A stretch of DNA of 32,084 nt from Candidatus Aminicenantales bacterium (GTDB lineage Bacteria; Acidobacteriota; Aminicenantia; Aminicenantales; UBA4085), in assembly GCA_049515535.1 (NCBI GenBank), contig JBEKTZ010000002.1, positions 335,467 through 367,550 on the forward strand, read 5' to 3'. Position numbers and translations under genes: made by a program. Positions 1-8,463 of the stretch are shown here, one piece after another. The stretch's first letter is position 1; each line of letters begins with the position of its first letter. A model generated the notes under the pieces. The model saw only the letters and a program-made list of their open reading frames with translations. It was not told the origin of the DNA and made no database searches.

Positions 1-1
1 C

Positions 2-271
2 GGACCGATCGTCATCAAAAACAGCAAATACGCCCTGGACGGGAGGCCGCCGGACGAGGATTGCGCCTGCTACACATGCCGGAATTTTTCCCGGGCTTAT
101 CTGCGCCACCTTCATGAGCGGGAAGAGATTACAGGCAGCATCCTCAATACCGTGCACAACCTCCACTTTTATCTTGACAACTTTCGCAAAATACGGCAAT
201 CTATTGAATTAAATTCGTTTCAAAGCTTGAAACAGACGATTTTGAATAAACTAAAGGATGGAACAGAATGA
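2..271 (+). CDS. tgt: tRNA-guanine transglycosylase, 3' part (truncated by window start)
   Basis: Frame 2 reads ...DEDCACYTCRNFSRAYLRHL...LNTVHNLHFY...TE*, with the Tgt zinc motif CxCxxC...H. TGA 269-271 overlaps the yajC ATG (ATGA). Classic tgt-yajC-secDF order. Confidence 0.93.
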   Translation, partial: GPIVIKNSKYALDGRPPDEDCACYTCRNFSRAYLRHLHEREEITGSILNTVHNLHFYLDNFRKIRQSIELNSFQSLKQTILNKLKDGTE

Positions 272-630
272 TTCTTAGCCGATTGCTTTTTTTAGTCACG
301 CAGGCCACACAGGGCGCGCCCACGGGGTCCGCTCCCCCGCAACAGGGAAGCATGCTGGGGATGCTCGTTCCTTTCATCGGCGTGTTCGCGATTTTTTACC
401 TGCTCATCATCATGCCCCAGCGCAAGAAACAGAAACAGCACATGACGATGGTCGAAAGCCTGAAGGCCGGCAGCCGGGTCATCACCACGGGCGGCATCTA
501 CGGGACGGTCATGGGCGTCCAAAAGGACCGGATCGAGCTCAAGATCTCGGCTAACGTCAAGATCGACATCACGAAAAGTGCCATTGGGGTCATTCTCTCC
601 TCGGAAACCGCCCCCGAAAAAACAGAATAG
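268..630 (+). CDS. yajC: Preprotein translocase subunit YajC
   Basis: TM segment then IMPQRKKQK...LKAGSRVITTGGIYGTV; lies between tgt and secD. Confidence 0.95.
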   Translation: MILSRLLFLVTQATQGAPTGSAPPQQGSMLGMLVPFIGVFAIFYLLIIMPQRKKQKQHMTMVESLKAGSRVITTGGIYGTVMGVQKDRIELKISANVKIDITKSAIGVILSSETAPEKTE

Positions 631-661
631 CTTCCCGCATTTTACCGGATAAGGGCTAACC

Positions 662-2191
662 ATGAAAAAAGGACTCAGTTGGAAAATTCCCCTCACGGCC
701 GCCATCATCGTCATTTCCATCGCCCTGTTCTTCTTTAATAAGATCCATTTGGGCCTGGACCTGAAGGGCGGTATTCACCTGGTCATGCAGATCATGACCG
801 ACGACGCCGTGACGATGAACACGGATCAGGAGATCCTTCGCCTGCAGGACGTCTTCAAGAAGAAATCCATCACCTTCGCCTCCATGCTGAGGGAAAGCTC
901 CGGAAAATTCACGATCCAGGGTCTCAATGCGGACCAGGAGGGTCTGGCCAGGGACCAGATGGACCAGTATCTTCGGGAATGGGACGTCGTTTTCACCGGA
1001 GCGTCGGCGACCGCCACCATGAAGCCCGTGGCTCTTCAAACCCTGAAGGACCAGGCCGTCGATCAATCGGTCGAGACGATCCGCAACAGAATCGACATAT
1101 TCGGCGTCGCCGAACCGATCATCCAGCGCTACGGAAAAGAGCAGCTCATCGTCGAGTTGCCCGGCGTGGACAACCCGGAACATGTCCAGAGCATCATCAA
1201 GACCGCCGCCGTCCTCGAATGGAAGCTCGTCAAAGGGGGCCCGGCCCCCGATGAGGAAACGCTGCTCAAGGATTTCGGCGGCAAACTCCCCGACGATATG
1301 GAGATCGTCAAAGGCGATCCCAAGCGCGAAGGCGAAGGATTCTATCTGGTCAACAAAGTGGCCGCCGTCACCGGCAAGGATCTTCGTCTTGTCCGGAGAG
1401 GTCAGGACGAATACGGCAGCCCCGCCGTCTCCTTCCAGCTCAAACCGGACGGCGCCGCGCGCTTCGAAACCGTGACCGGAGAAAACATCGGAAAACGCCT
1501 GGCCATCATCCTCGACAAAAAGATCCAATCGGCCCCGAACATCAATGCCCGCATCTCCGACCAGGGCATTATCCAGGGCCATTTCACTGTCGAAACGGCG
1601 GACGATCTGGTGCTCGTCCTCAAAGCCGGCGCCCTTCCCGCGGGCATCAAGACCCTCGAAAACCGGACGATCGGGCCCTCGCTCGGCGCGGATTCGATCC
1701 GGGCGGGCTTTCTAGCCGCCATGATCGCCCTCGTCTCGATCATGACCTTCATGATCGTCTATTACAAGATCTCCGGCATCAACGCCATCGTCGCCCTTTT
1801 CCTCAACCAGATCCTTTTGTTCGGCAGCCTGGCGTATTTCAAGGCCACGCTGACCCTGCCCGGCATCGCCGGAATCATCCTGGGCATCGGCATGGCCGTC
1901 GATTGCAACGTGCTGGTCTTCGAGCGCATCCGCGAGGAACACGCCTTGGGCAAAAGCGTCCTGAATTCCATCTCCCTTGGCTTTTCCAGGGCGTTCCGGA
2001 CGATCTTCGACTCGCACATGACGACGATCATCTCGGCCGTTTTCCTCTTCCAGTTCGGGACGGGGCCGATCAAAGGTTATGCGGTGACGCTGATCATCAG
2101 CCTCGTCGCAAATCTCTTCACGGCCGTTTTCGTCTCGCATTGGATCTTCGACGCCACCCACAGCAGCAAGACCCAACAGTTGAGTATATGA
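662..2191 (+). CDS. secD: Protein translocase subunit SecD
   Basis: LGLDLKGG, IRNRIDIFGVAEP, IGPSLGADSI, GMAVDCNVLVFERIREE, GTGPIKGYAVTL motifs. Confidence 0.97.
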   Translation: MKKGLSWKIPLTAAIIVISIALFFFNKIHLGLDLKGGIHLVMQIMTDDAVTMNTDQEILRLQDVFKKKSITFASMLRESSGKFTIQGLNADQEGLARDQMDQYLREWDVVFTGASATATMKPVALQTLKDQAVDQSVETIRNRIDIFGVAEPIIQRYGKEQLIVELPGVDNPEHVQSIIKTAAVLEWKLVKGGPAPDEETLLKDFGGKLPDDMEIVKGDPKREGEGFYLVNKVAAVTGKDLRLVRRGQDEYGSPAVSFQLKPDGAARFETVTGENIGKRLAIILDKKIQSAPNINARISDQGIIQGHFTVETADDLVLVLKAGALPAGIKTLENRTIGPSLGADSIRAGFLAAMIALVSIMTFMIVYYKISGINAIVALFLNQILLFGSLAYFKATLTLPGIAGIILGIGMAVDCNVLVFERIREEHALGKSVLNSISLGFSRAFRTIFDSHMTTIISAVFLFQFGTGPIKGYAVTLIISLVANLFTAVFVSHWIFDATHSSKTQQLSI

Positions 2192-3381
2192 CCATGCAAC
2201 TCTTCAAAACTCCCAACATCAATTTCATGAAATACAAGTACGTCGCCCTGGCGGTCACGGGCGCGGTCATCCTGGCCGGCTTTCTGAACGTCTTCTTCGG
2301 CAAGGGACTGAAGATGGGCGTCGACTTCGGCGGAGGGACGCTCGTCCGCATCATTTTCAAAAACCCGACGACGATCTCCGATATCCGGGGCGAACTCAAC
2401 CGCGCCGGGCTGGGCGAGAGCGTCATTCAGGAGAGCGGCGAGCCCAAAAGGGAATACATGATTCGGACGCTGCAGTTCATCAGCGTCAAGGACGCTCAGC
2501 AGGAGATCGAAGCCCATGAAAAACTCGGCAACCGGGTCATCGAAATCCTGAAGGGCGACGACGGCAAAGCCGAATCCGCGCAGGGTCTCAAAGATCTCAA
2601 TAATATCGACCTCGCCAGCCTCTCCTCGCTCCTCAAACCGGCGTTTCCGGAAAAGGCGGAGGAATTCGCCCAGAAGATCATCGATTTTCGCGTTCACAAG
2701 ACCCCCGGGAGCGGGATCATCGAGGATTACGCCAAGCTTTCCGGAGCCGGCATCGGTCCGGACGTCATCAAGAATCTCCAGGGCAAAACCTTTCTCGGAA
2801 AGCTGACCGTCGTCAGCAAAGAAACCGTCGGTCCTCAAGCCGGAGCGGATTTAAGAAAAAAAGCGACTTTAGCGGTCGTCTGGTCACTGATCGGCATGCT
2901 CGTTTATATCGGCTTCAGGTTCAAACTGGAATACGGCGTCTCCGCCATCATCACCCTGACTCAGGACGTTCTGATGGCCTTGAGCGTTTACTCGTTCACA
3001 AACCGGGAAATCAACCTGCCGATCATCGCCGCGCTCCTGACGATCGTCGGCTACTCGATCAACGACACGGTCGTTGTCTTCGACCGAGTCCGGGAAAACC
3101 TGAAGATCATGAGGAAGAACTCATTCGAGGAGATCCTTAACCGGAGCATCAACCAGAGCATGAGCCGGACGATCATCACGACCGGCACGGTCTTTCTGGC
3201 CGTCCTCTCGCTCTTTCTTTTCGGCGGCAAAAGCATCAACGATTTCGCCTTCATCATGCTCTTCGGCTCGATCGAAGGCGTGTATTCGACCATCTATCTC
3301 TCCTGTCCGGTCGTATTTTTTTGGACTCAGATCTTCAAGCCCAAGAAAGGCGCTCCCCGAACCGCGTCCAGAAAAAAATAA
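2188..3381 (+). CDS. secF: Protein translocase subunit SecF with a periplasmic insertion (start 2188 or 2194)
   Basis: GVDFGGGT, ETVGPQAG, IVGYSINDTVVVFDRVRE, SMSRTIIT motifs. ATG 2188 overlaps the secD stop. The ORF-track start at 1903 is an upstream extension inside secD. Confidence 0.95.
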   Translation: MTMQLFKTPNINFMKYKYVALAVTGAVILAGFLNVFFGKGLKMGVDFGGGTLVRIIFKNPTTISDIRGELNRAGLGESVIQESGEPKREYMIRTLQFISVKDAQQEIEAHEKLGNRVIEILKGDDGKAESAQGLKDLNNIDLASLSSLLKPAFPEKAEEFAQKIIDFRVHKTPGSGIIEDYAKLSGAGIGPDVIKNLQGKTFLGKLTVVSKETVGPQAGADLRKKATLAVVWSLIGMLVYIGFRFKLEYGVSAIITLTQDVLMALSVYSFTNREINLPIIAALLTIVGYSINDTVVVFDRVRENLKIMRKNSFEEILNRSINQSMSRTIITTGTVFLAVLSLFLFGGKSINDFAFIMLFGSIEGVYSTIYLSCPVVFFWTQIFKPKKGAPRTASRKK

Positions 3382-3395
3382 TTTTCAGGAAAGAC

Positions 3396-3424
3396 TTGTC
3401 AAAAAAAGTTTTTTTATTTATACT
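3396..3424 (+). promoter_or_regulatory. Sigma70-type promoter for tonB-exbBD
   Basis: TTGTCA(3396-3401)-17 bp-TATACT(3419-3424). The spacer region contains an A7-G-T7 palindrome. An AGAGGT RBS precedes ATG 3467. Confidence 0.6.
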
Positions 3425-3466
3425 CTAGCTTCAGTGCATTGGACTTCTGTGTATAAGAGGTAAAAC

Positions 3467-4252
3467 ATGGCTGAACAACCCAAGCCGCAAGTCAAAACGG
3501 CCGGCCGTTCTCGCGACATATTCAAAGATTCGTTCATCGTCAGAGAAAAAGCCGGAGCCAGGAAAGCATTCGCTCTCCCCATCGCCTTCATCGTTCACTT
3601 GGTGCTCGTGGGTGTTCTTGTCGTGCTGCCTCTGCTTTCCACTAGTAACCTGCCGAAGATCGAGATCACGAGCGCATTCCTCGCGCCTCCGCCGCCGCCG
3701 CCGCCTCCTCCGCCGCCGCCGGCCAAGAAAGCGGCCAGTACCCAAGCCAAACGCATCAGGCCCGTCCAAACCCAATCCTCGTTCGAAGCCGGCAAGCTCG
3801 TCGCCCCCGTCGAGATCCCCGACCAGATCGCCGAAGAGCAGATATCCGATGTCGGGATCGAAGGCGGCGTCGAGGGCGGAGTCGAAGGCGGTGTGATCGG
3901 GGGGGTCCTCGGCGGCGTCGTGGGCGGTGTGTTGGGCGGCGTTGTCGGAGAGATCGAGGCCCCGGTCCGGGCCATCGGCGAGGTCAAGCCTCCCAAGCTT
4001 TTGAAGCAGGTGGACCCCCTATATCCGGAGATCGCCCGCCAGGCGCGCGTGGAAGGCATCGTGATCATCGAGGCCACGACCGACATCTACGGCCGCGTCC
4101 AGAGCTACAAGGTTTTACGTTCGATTCCGCTCCTGGACCAGGCGGCCATCGATGCCGTGCGGCAGTGGGTCTACGAGCCGATGATCATCAACGGCCGTCC
4201 CCGCGGCGTCATCTTCACCGTGACCGTCCGATTCAATTTGAAGCAAAGCTGA
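3467..4252 (+). CDS. tonB: Energy transducer TonB family protein
   Basis: N-terminal TM with His (IVHLVL), poly-Pro run, GGVxG repeats, TonB_C motif YPEIARQARVEGIV...LDQAAIDAVRQW. Confidence 0.9.
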   Translation: MAEQPKPQVKTAGRSRDIFKDSFIVREKAGARKAFALPIAFIVHLVLVGVLVVLPLLSTSNLPKIEITSAFLAPPPPPPPPPPPPAKKAASTQAKRIRPVQTQSSFEAGKLVAPVEIPDQIAEEQISDVGIEGGVEGGVEGGVIGGVLGGVVGGVLGGVVGEIEAPVRAIGEVKPPKLLKQVDPLYPEIARQARVEGIVIIEATTDIYGRVQSYKVLRSIPLLDQAAIDAVRQWVYEPMIINGRPRGVIFTVTVRFNLKQS

Positions 4253-4286
4253 TATAGCTTTCGAATATTAAAAGGAGGTACCTAAA

Positions 4287-4961
4287 ATGCAATTTGATCT
4301 CATTTCCATGTGGGTGTCGATGAGTCCTTTAGCCAAAGGAGTCGCTATCCTTCTGATCGGACTATCCATCATTTCTCTCTATATGTTCATCGAAAGAATG
4401 TTGAGCTACTCGCGTGCTAAAAGCACGTCCAAAGCGATCGCCCCAAAACTGGCCGAACTGCTGAAGAACGGACAAATCAGGGAAGCCCTGACGCTCTGCA
4501 ACAGGCCCGAAAACAAAGGTAGCCATCTGGCCCGCGTGACCGCGGCCGGAATCACGGAATTTTTGGAAGGCAAGGAAGCCAACCTGGGCTTCGAGGAACT
4601 GATCTCCACGGCCCAGAGGGGTTGCGACCGCGCCGCTTCAATCTTCAACCAGGAGCTACGGAAAGGCCTGAGCATTCTGGCGACGATCGCGACGTCCTCG
4701 CCGTTCATCGGCTTGTTCGGCACGATCTCGGGCATCATCAATGCCTTCCGCGGCATGGCCTTGACCAACTCGGGCGGTATCGGCGCCGTCGCCTCCGGCA
4801 TCGCCGAAGCCCTGATCACGACCGCCTTCGGGATCGCCGTGGCCGTCATCGCCCTCTGGTTCTACAACTTCCTCAACTCCAGAGTCGAGATCTACGACGC
4901 CGAAATGGCCAACACGTCCTCTCAGGTCATCGACTTCTTCATCCGCAAATCGGCGAAATAG
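4287..4961 (+). CDS. exbB: MotA/TolQ/ExbB proton channel protein
   Basis: LATIATSSPFIGLFGTISGIINAF...GIAEALITTAFGIAVA; strong AAGGAGG RBS. Confidence 0.9.
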   Translation: MQFDLISMWVSMSPLAKGVAILLIGLSIISLYMFIERMLSYSRAKSTSKAIAPKLAELLKNGQIREALTLCNRPENKGSHLARVTAAGITEFLEGKEANLGFEELISTAQRGCDRAASIFNQELRKGLSILATIATSSPFIGLFGTISGIINAFRGMALTNSGGIGAVASGIAEALITTAFGIAVAVIALWFYNFLNSRVEIYDAEMANTSSQVIDFFIRKSAK

Positions 4962-4970
4962 AGGCTTATC

Positions 4971-5396
4971 ATGTCTATATCAATCGGGGGAAAGAACGAA
5001 AAATATCGTTCCGAACCTAACGTCGTTCCTCTGTGCGACGTTCTCCTCGTGCTGCTGATCATCTTCATGGTGGTGACCCCCCTGGTCAAGAAGGGCGTCG
5101 ATCTCAGGCTGCCCACCGCGCTCAACACGGCTCAAATGCCGGAAAACCCGGATGTCACCTTGTACGTCAAGAAGGACGGGACCATCTATCTTAATCAGGA
5201 CAAGATCTCCGATATCGAGCGGCTTCAGCCCATGCTCGAAGAGGCCTTCCTCACCGTCCAGGACAAACGCCTTTATCTCAAAGCCGATGGCGATCTGGAA
5301 TACGGCAAGCTTATCGATATTTACGAGAAGATCAGGGCCGCCGGGATCGAGAACATCGCGGTCATCACGGACAAGAAAACCGAAAAAGTCGGCTGA
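4971..5396 (+). CDS. exbD: ExbD/TolR biopolymer transport protein
   Basis: NVVPLCDVLLVLLIIFMV with the conserved Asp; LYLKADGDLEYG. Confidence 0.9.
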   Translation: MSISIGGKNEKYRSEPNVVPLCDVLLVLLIIFMVVTPLVKKGVDLRLPTALNTAQMPENPDVTLYVKKDGTIYLNQDKISDIERLQPMLEEAFLTVQDKRLYLKADGDLEYGKLIDIYEKIRAAGIENIAVITDKKTEKVG

Positions 5397-5399
5397 CGT

Positions 5400-6545
5400 T
5401 CAGCCGCGCAACCACCCTCGGGGGGAAAGCGCGTTTTCCACAGCGCGCTTTCCTCCCGGTTTCCAGCCAAGAACATCCTGCCAAATGTCTTCGTTCTCCA
5501 TGCACAAATAAAGCGGCACCTCTCCTCCACCGTATCGCCGAAGGAGGGTCGCGACGTGCCGGAAAAGTTCCTCTCGCAACGGCCGGAAATACCGGGCTTT
5601 GCCGTCCTGTCCCGTGATGAATTCCCCATGGACGATCCTTGAGCCGGGAAATCGCGTCTGGATGATTTTTTTCAAAGGCGGCGGAAAGCGGAAGCCTCCC
5701 AGGCTGATCCAGGCGATCCGGCCCGGGGGAATCGTGCGCGAGAGAGCGCGGACGACCGCGGCATAGCCGCTTTTCCAGCCCGCGTGCCGGATGAGCGGGT
5801 CGAAATGAAAGCCGACGCGGAATCCCCTTTCGACTACGGTCCGGGCGGCCTCGAGGCGGTCCTCGATGGAAGGAGCTCCCTGCTCCTCATCGCGGGCCAT
5901 GCGTTCGGCGTTCAAGGACCAAGACACGACGATATTTCGCGGAGGATCGATCTCGAGAAGTCCCCGGATATTCGTCGTTTTTGTCTTCAGCTCAAAATCG
6001 ACGTTCGGATGCTTCCGGAAATAGGAGATCAAGTCCCCGGATAGACCGGTGATGTGATCGAGGGCCAGTGAATCTCCCAACTCGCCCGTGCCCATCCGCA
6101 AATAGCGGAAAGCGAGTTTGCCGAGAAAAGCGTCCAGTTCCGCCCATAAATCCGTCGTATTGACGAAAACCGTGAGCCAGGGCTCGACCAGATAATTCTG
6201 GAGAATGCAATAGGTGCAATCCAAAGGGCATTGCAGGTTTAAATTGATGGTGAAATAACGGCAGCCGACATGGCCGGGCGTGCACGGGCAGGGCTTGACG
6301 AACTTTCCTTTTTGGGCGGCGAGCCAAAGGAGTTTCTTCCCTTCTCGAAGCGGATTTCCGGTTCCATGAAGGGCGGCCAGCACGGCCACTTTCTCGCGAG
6401 GATCTCCGATCACGGTCCGGGGAACGGTCTTGAGACGCGTCAGTATTCTTCGGGTCAGCGGAGCCTTCAGGACGCCGGCATCGACGAATATTCTTTCCGG
6501 GATATAAGCCCCTTCAAGAGCCCGCTTTCTTTGATTTTCTCTCAT
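5400..6545 (-). CDS. Spore photoproduct lyase (SplB)-like radical SAM protein
   Basis: CPLDCTYC radical SAM motif; GTGELGDSL, FELKTKT, VSWSLN, GFHFDPLI and YLCME segments typical of SPL-family homologues. Confidence 0.85.
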   Translation of the reverse strand: MRENQRKRALEGAYIPERIFVDAGVLKAPLTRRILTRLKTVPRTVIGDPREKVAVLAALHGTGNPLREGKKLLWLAAQKGKFVKPCPCTPGHVGCRYFTINLNLQCPLDCTYCILQNYLVEPWLTVFVNTTDLWAELDAFLGKLAFRYLRMGTGELGDSLALDHITGLSGDLISYFRKHPNVDFELKTKTTNIRGLLEIDPPRNIVVSWSLNAERMARDEEQGAPSIEDRLEAARTVVERGFRVGFHFDPLIRHAGWKSGYAAVVRALSRTIPPGRIAWISLGGFRFPPPLKKIIQTRFPGSRIVHGEFITGQDGKARYFRPLREELFRHVATLLRRYGGGEVPLYLCMENEDIWQDVLGWKPGGKRAVENALSPRGWLRG

Positions 6546-7497
6546 GTTTCCACAGGCCGTTCAATTCTTCTTTGGCGGCCAGCCCGGCCAACCGCGCGGC
6601 GTGCTCTTTGAATTCCTTCGCGTCGCGGAAGCGGAAATTCACGGTCATTTCGTCGCATTCGAAATAAGGAGCCGGGGCGATCGCGATATTTTTGGGCCAG
6701 CTCATTTTTTTCAGAACCGCGGCGAAATCCTCCTCCCAATCCGCCAGATGGGGGTTACGCATTTTTTTTAGAATCCGGCGAATGCGCTCGGATTTTTGGA
6801 GGAGCGGCCAGGCGTCCGAACGGAGGATGCGCCGGATGTCCTCTCTTCGCAAGATCCCGCGGACAGACCTGTTTTTTCCCAGGCACAAGCCCCTGAGATC
6901 TTCGAGTATTTCTTTCTGCTTATTCTGTCCAAGGGGGAGGAGGAGCGGGACGATGGCCTCCAGATCGCTCCGGCCGAATCCTGCGAGAAGCTGCGTCACG
7001 GAAAAAGGAAGTTTCCTATCGAGGACCAGGCGTTTGACGCCGGGCGGAAATCGGCCGATGGCTCGATAACCGTCAAGATAGAGTTTTGTGGGAGGAATAT
7101 CGATCATGGGCATGATGGTCTTGATGATCTCCGGATCGGACATGCCGAGCCCGCCCAATTTGGTCAGGATTTCCGCTTTTTCCAAATACGCGAATTCGCG
7201 AACGGCCAGATTTTCGTGAACGGCATAGAGAAAAGCCTCCCGGTCGTTCGGCTCGTCGAGGACGGCCGCCGGCAGGGTCCGCATCCCGATCTTCCTCCAA
7301 GCCGCCGCGCGTTTCCAGCCCGTGACGAGGATCCATTTTTGCCCCCTTTTCGTCACCACGGGCGGATGCAGCAACCCGATCCTTTGAACGGAGGCGGCCA
7401 GCCGGTCGATCGAAAACGTCGAGCTCGTCTTGAAACGCGTATCGTCGAGGTCGATGTCCCGCCATTTGAGGTCAATGAGCCCGCTCGTTTTAGCCAT
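6514..7497 (-). CDS. ParB/Srx N-terminal domain protein
   Basis: LAASVQRIGLLHPPVV...LVTGWKRAAA...HENL...EKA resembles ParB box I/II (GxxR, EN). Overlaps the radical SAM gene by 32 bp. Confidence 0.75.
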   Translation of the reverse strand: MAKTSGLIDLKWRDIDLDDTRFKTSSTFSIDRLAASVQRIGLLHPPVVTKRGQKWILVTGWKRAAAWRKIGMRTLPAAVLDEPNDREAFLYAVHENLAVREFAYLEKAEILTKLGGLGMSDPEIIKTIMPMIDIPPTKLYLDGYRAIGRFPPGVKRLVLDRKLPFSVTQLLAGFGRSDLEAIVPLLLPLGQNKQKEILEDLRGLCLGKNRSVRGILRREDIRRILRSDAWPLLQKSERIRRILKKMRNPHLADWEEDFAAVLKKMSWPKNIAIAPAPYFECDEMTVNFRFRDAKEFKEHAARLAGLAAKEELNGLWKHERKSKKAGS

Positions 7498-7526
7498 GAT
7501 CTCCTATTTTACCCACAAACCCCGGC

Positions 7527-7735
7527 GACACAATACTCCGGCCCGCTCCTCAACCGGGGACACGACGAAAAGGGAGTATTGTCCCGAAATTGCCGATAGA
7601 TCTAATGTTCCTCTGGGAGATCGCGATTTTTGGGTGCGACGCGGAATTCCCTGGTACACGATACCCAATCCGAAGATTGGGTGCTAGTCCCGGAATTCCG
7701 CGTCGTATCTTATCGCCAATTTCGGGTATTGTGTC
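7527..7735. repeat. Nested inverted-repeat element (REP/REPIN- or MITE-like, or structured RNA)
   Basis: Inverted pairs: GACACAATAC 7527-7536/7726-7735; CCCGAAATTG 7583-7592/7717-7726; CGACGCGGAATTCC 7637-7650/7692-7705; ACCCAATC 7663-7670/7675-7682. Confidence 0.75.
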
Positions 7736-7767
7736 TCTGTTTCATTTTTGATATTTTACGTGTTCTC

Positions 7768-8463
7768 ATGAAACAAGAAGAATCCCTGATCCGCCCGAAG
7801 CCTTTCCAGGGCTTCCGGGGCGCAAGAATCCTTTATGTTCCCGTGGACGTCCCTTCCGGCATCATCCGGAAACATCTTTTCAAAAGCGCTTCCAAAACCA
7901 AAACGACGGAATGGGGAACGCTTTGCCGGATCGGCGAAAAAATCGTCCTTTTTCAGGCCATGGGCGCCCCCCTGGCCGTCATGACCTTGGAGCGGCTGAT
8001 CGCCGGAGGAGCCGACGAGGTGCTCGTTCTTGGATTCTGCGGATCGTTGAATCCCGGCCTCAGCATCGGCGCCGCCGTCATCGCCGATCGAGCCTATGCC
8101 GACGAAGGAACGTCCCGGCGTTATTTGCCTGGCCGCAAATATTTTCGCGGTTCTTCGGACCTCGGGAAGATCGTTGAACAGGGACTTTCGGCTGGAAACC
8201 TTCCCTTCGCGCGGGCGGCCGCCGTTTCCACGGACGCGCCGTTCCGGGAAACCCCGGGCTGGATCGGGGCCGCGCGAAAAAAGGGCTGCGATGTCGTCGA
8301 TATGGAAATTTCGGCCGTTTTCGCCCTGGCCGCCTTCCGCGGGATTCGAGCCGCCGCGCTGTTTCTCGTCAGCGACGAACTCTTTGCCGGGAAGTGGAGG
8401 CACGGCTTTTTCGATGACGGGCTCGACGCCGGCGTCAAAAGCTATTTCTTGCCTTTCTTGTGA
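7768..8463 (+). CDS. Nucleoside phosphorylase (PNP/UDP family 1)
   Basis: MGAPLAV, LGFCGSL, DEGTSRRY, STDAPFRET, VVDMEISA, LVSDEL motifs. ATG 7768 preferred over 7630, whose extension crosses the palindromic element. Confidence 0.88.
   Translation: MKQEESLIRPKPFQGFRGARILYVPVDVPSGIIRKHLFKSASKTKTTEWGTLCRIGEKIVLFQAMGAPLAVMTLERLIAGGADEVLVLGFCGSLNPGLSIGAAVIADRAYADEGTSRRYLPGRKYFRGSSDLGKIVEQGLSAGNLPFARAAAVSTDAPFRETPGWIGAARKKGCDVVDMEISAVFALAAFRGIRAAALFLVSDELFAGKWRHGFFDDGLDAGVKSYFLPFL

Noticed and set aside
1903..2187. N-terminal extensions of secF (also cdsA from 14118, ispG from 10725, phosphorylase from 7630)
   Set aside because: They overlap upstream genes or repeats. Downstream ATGs match family starts, and for secF and cdsA give ATGA coupling.
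3686..3945. (CCG)n run and GGCGGxGTx repeats in tonB as contingency or mobile repeats
   Set aside because: They encode the ordinary poly-Pro and GGVxG linker of TonB proteins.
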